DNA of 63,580 bases, the filler included, from Octopus bimaculoides (taxonomy: Eukaryota): NCBI RefSeq assembly GCF_001194135.2. It is 6 parts of 6 records of this genome, joined end to end, with 100 filler letters (N's around TTAATTAATTAA, not from the genome) between each part and the next. Parts side by side here need not be neighbours in the genome. Positions count along the whole stretch, not along the records: positions 41,816 to 55,611 come from NC_069001.1; positions 55,712 to 61,189 come from NC_069008.1; positions 61,290 to 63,580 come from NW_026328453.1; 3 more parts are not named here. One strand, 5' to 3'. The notes below the pieces were generated by a model that was not told where the DNA came from, made no database searches, and saw only the letters and a program-made list of their open reading frames with translations. Below are positions 55,041 to 63,580 of this stretch, piece after piece (position 1 is the stretch's first letter; every line of letters starts with the position of its first letter). A program made the translations under genes and the position numbers.

Positions 55041-55711
55041 CTGTAAATTTAAACTGTATATTCAAGCTATAAGCAAGAAAAAAAACACGAAAATCAATAA
55101 CGCGAGTACATTGTTTTTGGACGCTCAGGAAAGGAAAGAAAAGCCTGTTACACAAGAAATGATTTTAAAATGCTTGTGGCTTTTCCTCATGATCTTAAAC
55201 ATGAAGTAATGCTATTGTCGTTTTAGATAAAGCAAATCATGTGTCCCCACTAAGTTTATTAATAGTTGATTCCGATATAGTTTCTGACAAATATCTATCC
55301 CTGTATTTTCTCCTCTAATACACTATGTATACACACACGCTCACGCACGCGCACAAACAGACATATATGATATAAATAATATGTATATATCTAAGTATAT
55401 ATATGCGTGTGTATGTATATGTCTATATATACACGTCTGTAGATATGCGTAGATATAAGGATAAATAGATATATATGCATATATATATATATATATATAT
55501 ATTTGTATATATATATATATGAACATATATATACATACATACATATATATATATATATATGAACATATATATACATACATACATATATATATATATATGA
55601 ACATATATATANNNNNNNNNNNNNNNNNNNNNNNNNNNNNNNNNNNNNNNNNNNNTTAATTAATTAANNNNNNNNNNNNNNNNNNNNNNNNNNNNNNNNN
55701 NNNNNNNNNNN

Positions 55712-55780
<69 letters not shown>

Positions 55781-55995
55781 TTATATATATATGTGCTCTG
55801 TTTTTGTATCTGATTTGCAAGATTCTGTATGTGGATTCATGTGTTGAAGCAAATTATGTTGTGCCCAGGGTGAGTCATATTGTCTTAATGCCTTATTATC
55901 CAACACACTCACCAGTTCGATCCCCACTCATTTATCATTTATATTTTTCTTCCAAAATTTGTGTTGCTTTTGCAACCTTATCATTAAGACAATAT

Positions 55996-56290
55996 GACTT
56001 TTGGCTGTGTGGTAAAAAGTTTGCTTCCCAACCACATGATCCTGGGTTCAGTCCCACTGTGTGGCACCTTGGACAAGTGTATTCTACTATAGCATCAGGT
56101 CGACCAAAGCCTTGAGAGTGGATTTGGTAGACGAAAACTAAAAGAAGTGTGTGTGTGTGTGTGTGTGTGTGTGTATTTGTGTCTCTGTTCTCCACAAGAG
56201 CAACCAATAGAATAAGTACCAGGCTTAAAAAAAAAAGTACTAGGTTTGATTCGTTCAACTAAAATTCTTCAAGGTAGTGCTCCAGCATGG
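55996..56290 (+). mobile_element. SINE family A
   Basis: ggctgtgtggtaaaaagtttgcttcccaaccacatgatcctgggttcagtcccactgtgtggcacc...tccagcatggc. Confidence 0.85.
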
Positions 56291-56504
56291 CTGGCAAGCT
56301 GGTAGAATTGTTAGTACACCTTACAAAATGCTTAGCGGCATTACATTCATCTTTACTTTCTGAGTTCAAATTCCGCCGAGGTCATCTTTGCTTTTCATCC
56401 TTTCAGGGTTGATAAAATTAGTACCGGTTATGCACTGAGGTCTATGTAATTGACTATCTTCTTCCTCTGAATTTTGCTGGCCTTGTGCCTACAGTAGAAA
56501 GTGT

Positions 56505-57000
56505 TATTATTATTATTATTATTGAGTGAGAGAGCAATGCATGCCATCAAAGTGACACTGGGGTAAAATATACAAAGCCCAATATACCCATCATAACTAC
56601 CCGTCTGATAAGGGTACACCAGGCACATGCATCAGAATCATATGTGCACATGGTGATCTCATATGAAGATAAATAGCACATGACCTTGCAGGTGGGGCCC
56701 AGTTAGAATTTTCTTCAGGTCGAGTAGCACATCCCACTCAAAAGGTCCCTGAATAAAGGTTTGTTTAAGGATGTTGAAAGAAACACCCAAGTTTCCAAAG
56801 GTGAATTATCCAAACGCCAAAGAATTCCTCTCAACACATGACTATTATGCTCCCCCACTACTTCTGCCCATGATCAGAGATGCACATATCGTCAGCCACT
56901 AAGGGACATGATCAGTTGGTTAAGGTCAAATAACTGACAAGCAAATCTGTGGTATTAAGCAGAATATTTGCTGTAGCCCATCGTTTATACCAAGACAAAC
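56505..57000 (-). mobile_element. Non-coding interspersed repeat with (AAT)n tail (probable non-autonomous retroelement)
   Basis: About 480 bp of complex sequence ending in (AAT)n on the minus strand. I recognise it as a common octopus repeat; not confirmed. Confidence 0.45.
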
Positions 57001-57849
57001 TATATAAAAGGAAGAAGCCACAAGGTTCAATCTTTTCTCTTTTACCCATGACTATTCGCAGAGCACACTTCACTGGCTGAGCCTTTAGGCTAGTCCACTT
57101 GTCGCATCTCCTGAGGCAATGGCCCGCATAGTAGATAACGATGAATTCATACCACATGAGATGGCTGCAAAAGAGCGACATACCACACCTTTGTATATAT
57201 ATTGTAAATAAAACTAATGGGGAACCTGCGTTTTGCCTAATACTTCTTTACTCAACTGCTGGAGCCTTAGCAACATGAAGAATAAGAAATTAATGGGAGA
57301 AAGGCAATATTCAATTGATATCCAGAACCTTGCCTCCCATTATAAGTTCGATCTGTCACCTGCCTCTGTCGGTTGAGTAAAGTGTCATCCAAGCTGATGT
57401 TTATTGGTAATTAAACTTATTTTGAAACACTTGTGCGTATTTATCAGCTTTGTTTTTGTTGATAAGAATTATCAACAACTTTTCCTGTGATTGTGATTTG
57501 AGAAGACATACAGACGTATGCTAAAGATTGGAAATAATCACTTGTGGGTAAGAAATGTAAAATTAAGTTTATTATATAGAACACAAACACTTTGTAATTT
57601 AATAGCTTTCAGTGTGATACCTGTTAAACAGAAATTATTTTTATTTAAGGAAAATTTAATAAAGTCTAATCATAAGTAATTGAAATTATGCTAGATGCAA
57701 CTAAATTGAAAACCTTTTTCCCCTGGCCATATCAGCCATTCTGAAAACTTTTAGATGTGAATTTTACATGAGTAGAAGCTTTTTTTAACAATTATCCTGA
57801 AAATCACCTGCATAAATTACACAGGTGTGCAAATTACATGGGTTTTTAC

Positions 57850-58640
57850 AGTATTCTATTCTGATCTTGTCTTAAAGTCTTCGCTTTATTTTGTAGTCTC
57901 CTTTTCCACATTTGCTCTTTTCTAATCTTTCCTTGTGGAATATCTAATCTCCTAGTAACTACTACCCCTCCTGCACAGATCAATAAGTTAGTGTTTCTCA
58001 TATTTTTAGTCTCTATCCTACTGATATCAGAATCTACTTTCCTAGTCATATCTAGCAGCTTCCTTCTGTTGGTACCTTTTAATGCTGGCAATCTTTTTCT
58101 TACTTCGTTACTCATTGCTTCCTGCGACTCATCTAAAATCTTCTGATCTTCCTCACTTAAATCATTTAAATTGCTGGTGCCAGTTGTCCATTTCTGATTG
58201 GTAGTGCTATTATTATTTTTCCCTTTAGGTTCTTCTTTGGTTTGAATTATATCTCTTATGTTGTTGGGGCTTTCTTTCCCAATTCTCTTGTGATCTCTTC
58301 CATTTCCAATTCTGTCATCCACTTTCTTCTAACAGCATTAGCTTGATCTACTAATCTCTGCTCACTCACTTTAAACATATCCTTCTCTACCCAAAGTGTT
58401 AATACCGATTTTCTATAGCCCCTTTTAGATTCACTTTCTAAGTAGCACTGCCTCACTATCCTGTTTTCTTTGCTGGTCCACGTCTTCCTCTTTACTCTAT
58501 TATCTGCTGATGTTGCCTTAGAATAACAGCTGTGGTCAGTCTGCATCTTTACTGAACCACTGCTGAGCGAGAGGCCTTCCCTTAAAGGTCCGGCTTCATT
58601 TTTGCTGTTACAACCAGAGTTTCTTCGGAAACTCCTGTCT
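57850..58640 (-). mobile_element. R4/Dong-clade element 5' portion (Myb-like N-terminal region), frameshifted
   Basis: TWTSKENRIVRQCYLESESKRGYRKSVLTLWVEKDMFKVSEQRLVDQANAVRRKWMTELEMEEI and RKRLPALKGTNRRKLL...TNLLICAGGVVVTRRL...WKRRLQNK. Confidence 0.85.
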
Positions 58641-59246
58641 CTCATAAACTGAGGTGTGGTAACATTCGTCACCAACATCATCACCACCATTATTTTTCGA
58701 GATCTGATAGTTTCAAGCAACTTTCTATTCCTTCATTAGTTTCATCATTTTGTGAGTGGAGTGGTGTGTGCATTGTTTATGCAGCATAGGTTATGTTCTT
58801 TTATCAGGTATCAGCCTTCTATGGAACATGTTGTGGACTTTGTTCATTTTGTTGGGTATTTATGGTATGTTTTTGGAGGAGTGTTGCATAGTAGAGTGTG
58901 TAAATCATAAATCAACCATTTCATAGTATTTATGGTTATCTGTCCACCATTCTTTCTCTTTTGGTTGGTTTTGTAATAGGTCCACTTTTACAGTATTTAC
59001 ATCATTTTCAACTGAACACCACCCATGAACATGTATTGATGTTTCTTTCGTAGTTATAATCATTATTGATGTATCAGTGAGAGACCAAGAAGAAACAGCA
59101 ATGTGCATATATAGAAAGGTCTTGTATAAATAGGGATGTATATGTAATTAAAATTTTAAATTTTACTCACAGGTTTGCAGTTTTCTTAGAGAAACATTGC
59201 AGTCCATGTGTTTACATTTTTATGCACGTGTTGCTATGGTGGTGCC

Positions 59247-59298
<52 letters not shown>

Positions 59299-59477
59299 TA
59301 TTATTATTATTATTATTATTATTAAGGTGTCAAGCTGGCAGAATCATTAGCACACTGGATGAAATGCTTAGCGGTATTTCACCCGTTGCTCCATACTGAG
59401 TTCAAATTTTGCTGAGGTCGACTTTGCCTTTCATCCTTTCGGGGTCAATTAAATAAGTACCAGTTGAACACTATATT

Positions 59478-59869
59478 ATTTGAAGTGGAAGGTGAGGGTA
59501 GAGAGGGAGGTGCTGCCTTCTAATGTGGCAAGACTGGTGAGACCAAATGGATCGACTCCCAATATGCTTTTCTAAGCAGGGAGAAAGAAGCTGGAAGAGG
59601 GTGCTTTCCCATGCCTTGGGGATGGCAGAGTAAGCTGAGATTTTGCATAGGGCTTATCTTGGATTACCCTAAGTGAGGATTTATTTATTTATTCATTATT
59701 TATTTTCTAATTCTATTTTATATTCTGTTATATCTCTTAATGTGATAGTATCTCCCTTTGAGCGATGTAAACCCCATCTGTTTTTGTTTTTGTTTTATTG
59801 TTTGTGTGTTGTAACTCATCCTTCAACATTGGCCTTCATGTCTTGGGCTCATGTGGCTAATAAAAGAAA

Positions 59870-59872
<3 letters not shown>
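59478..59872 (+). mobile_element. L1/Tx1-type LINE 3' end with T-rich 3' UTR
   Basis: KVRVEREVLPSNVARLVRPNGSTPNMLF* followed by a T-rich UTR ending ggctcatgtggctaataaaagaaatc and an (ATT)n run. Confidence 0.55.
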
Positions 59873-59906
<34 letters not shown>

Positions 59907-59909
59907 CAT

Positions 59910-59950
<41 letters not shown>

Positions 59951-60235
59951 AGATGGCAAGTTGGCAAAATCATTGGCTCACCAAACCAGTGCTTACTGGT
60001 ATTTCTCTTGACTCCTTACATTCTGCGTTCAAATTTCACCATGATCCACTCTGCCTTTCATGCTTTCAGGGCCATTACACTAAACAACAGTTGAGCTCTC
60101 ACTCTCTTAATTTCAGGCCTTGTGACTATAAAAAATTAATGGAAAAATGTTCAGAAATGAAATATATTTCTTGGCTGTGAGCAAGAGGTAAAACCTAAAT
60201 CTTCTGAAGAAACCTTTATTGGAGGAAGATTATAG

Positions 60236-60415
60236 CAGGCTTCTTTCAGTTTCCATCTACCAAATCCACTCACAAGGCTTTGGTCAGCCCGAGGCTATAG
60301 TAGAAGACACTTATCCAAGGTGTCACGTAATAGTTCAATACCACTATGTGACACCTTGAACCCAGAACCATGTGGTTGGTAAGCAAGCTACTTACCACAG
60401 TGCCACTCCTGCACC
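60236..60415 (-). mobile_element. SINE family A, 5' half
   Basis: ggcttctttcagtttccatctaccaaatccactcacaaggctttgg...aagctacttaccacagtgccactcctgcacc. Confidence 0.85.
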
Positions 60416-60841
60416 TTAAATTTTGGCACAAGGCCAAAAATTATAGGAAAGCTGGGGTGGGGTCAGTTACATCGACCCTTGTGGTCAAGTAGTACTTATA
60501 ATTGAATTCGGATCAGAAAGAAGGACGAAATGCCACAAAGCATTTTGCCTGGTGTGCTAACGATTCTGTCAACTCACCACCTTAATTTAGTCAAAGAATA
60601 AAAGACAATGTAGTCACAGCTGAATGTTGCTATGCAATTTACTCTGAGTGACAATGATTCTGCTAGCTCAATGCCTTATAGTTATCGACATACTGGTTCC
60701 GAATCTTGGCACAAGGCCAGCAGTTTTAGAAAGCTGGAATTGTGGTGAGGTTACATGGACCCCACTACTCAACTGGTGCTTCTTTTATTGACTCCGAAAT
60801 GTTGAAAGGCAAAGTTGACTTTGGCAGAATTTGAACTCAGG

Positions 60842-61187
60842 AATGGCTCCCCGTGCCGGTGGCATGTAAAAAGCACCATCCGAACATGGTTGATGCCAGC
60901 CTCCCCAACACGACTGGCTCCTGTGCTGGTAGCATGTAAAAATCACCATCTGAATATGGCCAATGCCTGTGCCACCTGACTGGCTCCTGTGCCAGTACCA
61001 TGTAAAAAGCACCCACTACACTCTCAGAGTGGTTAGTATTAGGAAGGGCATCCAGCTGTAGAAACTTTGCCAGATCAGATTGGAGCCTGGTGTAGCCTCC
61101 TGGCTTGCCAGTACCCCAATCAAACCGTCCAACCCATGCCAGCATGGAAAACGGACGTTAAACGATGGTGATGATGATGATGATGAT
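60842..61187 (+). mobile_element. SINE/RTE-like 3' end with three internal ~66-71-bp repeats and (GAT)n tail
   Basis: tggctcc..gtgcc.gt.gcatgtaaaaa.cacc at 60844, 60915 and 60981; ends aacccatgccagcatggaaaacggacgttaaacgatggtgatgatgat. Confidence 0.75.
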
Positions 61188-61378
61188 ATNNNNNNNNNNN
61201 NNNNNNNNNNNNNNNNNNNNNNNNNNNNNNNNNTTAATTAATTAANNNNNNNNNNNNNNNNNNNNNNNNNNNNNNNNNNNNNNNNNNNNAAATCATTCAA
61301 ATGACTGGAATATTAAGTGTGTTAGTGGGAGGGAGTGGGGTGAGACGGTTCTTCGTTGTTGATGAACGAAATTCCAAT

Positions 61379-61395
61379 TTAGCGTGTGAGAGTTA
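61379..61395 (-). CDS. Hc: Putative terminal micro-exon of hemocyanin (adds VTLTR then stop)
   Basis: G|TA ACT CTC ACA CGC TAA in frame with the phase-1 donor; splice-signal inference only. Confidence 0.4.
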
Positions 61396-61676
61396 CTATA
61401 AGATATAAAGATATGGCAAGATTAGATATTAGATGCAAACCATGTTTAGAACAGATGGAATTAATTAAACAACATATGGTATCAGAGAATTGTTTAAGTG
61501 ATCAAGTTATTATATTTTCTTCAAAAATATATTTCATTGATGCTATTTAAAAATATTTGAAAAAGAAAGAAACTAAGATGAATAAATAAATCATTGGAAA
61601 TACACCAGAGAATAGTTCCGAAAAAATGAAAATGAATTTAAAAAGAATAAAAATGGTCAAATGTAAGATGACTGAC
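61396..61676 (-). other. Hc: Putative phase-1 intron after FU-g (281 bp)
   Basis: CAG|GTCAGT donor, T-rich body, CTAAT branch-like motif at 61421-61425 and tctttatatcttatAG acceptor at 61396-61397. Confidence 0.5.
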
Positions 61677-62882
61677 CTGCAGCTGGATGGTACATGATAC
61701 TTGGTGGTGGTATCAGGCTGGAAGCTCGGGTACTTCCATCAGTACCCTTTATAGAGACTTTCATACTGAACTGATCGTGAGCATGGAGACGGAGCTGTTC
61801 TAAAGTGCTGGTTATGTCGTATTTATAGAGACGATCAAACGCCCAGAACATCTCGTGCTCGCCGCCTAAAATGCAAAACGTGCCTGCAAATTTGCATTCT
61901 CCATCTTTGCGACATACTTCGAACTCGACATCAGCAGATTGTCCAATGGTACGCAATAAGAAACCAGCATAGACTCGGTCTTTCTTTTTGGATTTCATTA
62001 ATTCTGTTTCCAACTGTGGAATCGTCATACCATGGAAGATGAGGTTATCATAGTCGTAGTGTAATTTGTGATAATCGAAAGATGATTCTCCAGTCGAATG
62101 AGTTTTGGTTTGCTCGTTGTGGTTGGCATCGGAACTGAAGGGATTGAGAGGTCTTTTAAGCCTGTGGATTTCGCAGTTGGCACTATCATATGGAAGTCCT
62201 CGATATTTCTGCAAGGCTTGCCAGATGGCCCAGATACGATCAGTGTTTGAATGATGTAAGTAAAAGAGTGGATCGTATGAGGTGTAATGAAGGGTTGACA
62301 TGCTGTAAGGAGAGTTGCCTCCTACCCACGAGTGAATGGCATTATGGGAGATTTCGAACTGGATTTCAAAGTCGCAGAAATTAGTTTGTTCTAGTGCAAA
62401 CAGAATTTGATCGTAGAAGAAATGTCGACCTTCAAATAGTTGGTGTCGCGGCGCTCTGGTCGTTATCTCATCAGCTGAATCAATATGTGCGTGATGAAAC
62501 GGATTGTCTGTCTCTTCAGTGACCAATGTTGGCAGATGAGTGAACGGTGTCGTCCAATCCCAATAAGGAATACCTGTTTTGGCACCTTTCAGTTTCAAAG
62601 CGTCTTCCATTTGCTTCACAAACAGTCTATGCCAGTGAGGGAATGTTACCATTCCATGTTGGCAGCAAGCATATGCCGTACCGTTCGGGTATTTACAGCT
62701 AAGTGGCATGCCGTGATAAGCTGCAATCTTCTGGTAACCGTTTTCAGATTTGTCAGCCATTACGTCACTTAAAGCATGTCTTAAGTTGTCAATCTCTGAC
62801 GGTGTCAAACTGTTAACGTTCTTCCTAACAATTGTTCCCTCGGCGTATTCCTTATGATGATGATCATGTTGGTGCACAGATC
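61677..62882 (-). CDS. Hc: Hemocyanin exon: f-g linker plus complete g-type functional unit (tyrosinase-type dicopper domain and beta-sandwich domain)
   Basis: 1206-nt open exon. CuA His in AYHG, CCQHG (Cys-X-His thioether motif) and FPHWHR; CuB His in EISHNAIH and FYLHHS; PYWDW motif; NGT sequon; Cys pairs in SCKY...ACC, NFCDF/ANCE and VCRKDGEC. Start (RKNVNSLTPS) and LRTIGQSADV/GTFCILGGEHEMFWAFDRL match cephalopod FU-g. If the final donor is not used, the frame ends GQSSYI* at 61657. Confidence 0.97.
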
Positions 62883-62979
62883 CTGTAAAAGAAAACAGAG
62901 CAAGCTATGAAGTACCGAAGAAGGACGGGTCATATCTGTATTCAAAGTAAAGATAAACTCTTTAAAACAATTATCTTAC
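62883..62979 (-). other. Hc: Hemocyanin f-g linker intron (97 bp, phase 1)
   Basis: GTAAGA donor and tgttttcttttacAG acceptor. Splicing gives ...PAK-G-SVHQHD in frame. Phase-1 linker introns between FUs are established for molluscan hemocyanin genes. Confidence 0.95.
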
Positions 62980-63562
62980 CTTTAGCAGGAGAATATACCA
63001 ACGAAGGTTTAGGCAAAGAATTCTGGTCTAAAACAGCGCCATCTACTGTTATAATTTCCATCTCCAAATGTACTTTACTGTCGTGATGGAAAAGAGATTC
63101 CATAGCGATACCTTTCTCCTTCAGAACCTTTGTGATGTCCATTTTATATGTTCTATCAAAATGCCATGGCATTTCTGTTTCTCCACCCAAAATGAACACA
63201 ACACCAGCTCCTGAACAACTCTTGTCGTCACATAATTTCAGGTGGACGTCGGCTGAGGTTTTGATGCCGTGGAGTAAGAAAGTGGCGAACACACGGTCTT
63301 TCTGTTTCAATTTCTGAATTTCTATTTCCAAATGTTCAGTATCCATTCCATGGAACTCGAGGTTGTCGTATTTGTAATTCAAACCTTTGTAATCAAACAA
63401 TTTATTTGGAGTGGCCAAAGCTCGGGTGGCCAAATTGGGATTGGATTCCCAGGTGAATGGTTTCATAGCCAAAGACATTTGATCAAGGGCACAGTAAGCT
63501 TTGTCGAACGGCATCTTTCTGTATTCTTGTAATTCTTGCCAAATTGCCCAAATACGGTCGAC
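62980..63562 (-). CDS. Hc: Hemocyanin exon: C-terminal half of functional unit f (VDRIW...YSPAK); the gene continues upstream beyond the window
   Basis: Open frame VDRIWAIWQELQEYRKMPFDKAYCALDQ...DRVFATFLLHGIKTSADVHLKLC...GVVFILGGETEMPWHFDRTYK matches cephalopod FU-f as I remember it. Acceptor tttcag|GTC at 63563-63564; donor AAAG|gtaaga at 62979. The exon is 583 nt, entering in phase 0 and leaving in phase 1. Confidence 0.95.
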
Positions 63563-63580
63563 CTGAAACAAATATGATAA

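Noticed and set aside
58905-59108. 67-aa minus ORF (…VHGWCSVENDVNTVKVDLLQNQPKEKEWW…) and the 83-aa ORF at 7434
   Set aside because: No motif match and no convincing donor-acceptor pair.
60844-61015. Repeat-spacer-repeat pattern resembling a CRISPR array (also 13168-13221 and 8429-8480)
   Set aside because: Eukaryotic context, only three degenerate units, related or absent spacers and no cas genes.
61290-61656. Possible FU-h exon downstream of FU-g
   Set aside because: No hemocyanin-like frame exists on the minus strand in any sequenced part downstream; only the 17-nt stub is supportable.
62190-63532. Plus-strand ORFs at 62190, 62485, 63132 and 63332
   Set aside because: Antisense shadows of the hemocyanin exons with no recognisable motifs.
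63563-63571. MFQ start of the 209-aa ORF
   Set aside because: It lies in the intron; tttcag is the splice acceptor and the TTG start is not a real initiation site.

Overview
Repeat-dense, AT-rich, gapped animal genomic DNA, almost certainly an octopod cephalopod (inferred from the hemocyanin sequence, the tRNA-derived SINE families and the extreme microsatellite load). The only clearly recognisable host gene is the 3' end of a molluscan hemocyanin on the minus strand at 61.4-63.6 kb. It comprises the second half of functional unit f, a 97-bp phase-1 linker intron, and a complete, intron-free g-type unit with all six copper-binding His. This isoform looks diverged from the textbook Octopus subunit: it has a His-rich f-g linker and a short loop deletion. 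It may end through one more phase-1 intron into a 17-nt tail exon, at the position where FU-h would begin in gastropods. The other ~61 kb is microsatellites, N gaps, many SINE copies and decayed transposons: Tc1 (TRT/DD37E-like), mariner, hAT, a Helentron-type non-autonomous element, CR1/L2, L1/Tx1 and a nested cluster of R4/Dong elements at (TAA)n. It also holds a near-perfect 288-bp palindrome and a few orphan exon-like segments. I found no CRISPR array, rRNA or genuine tRNA gene, and no convincing new biological system. Family assignments come from motif recognition by eye and from remembered reference sequences; no searches were run. TE boundaries are approximate.
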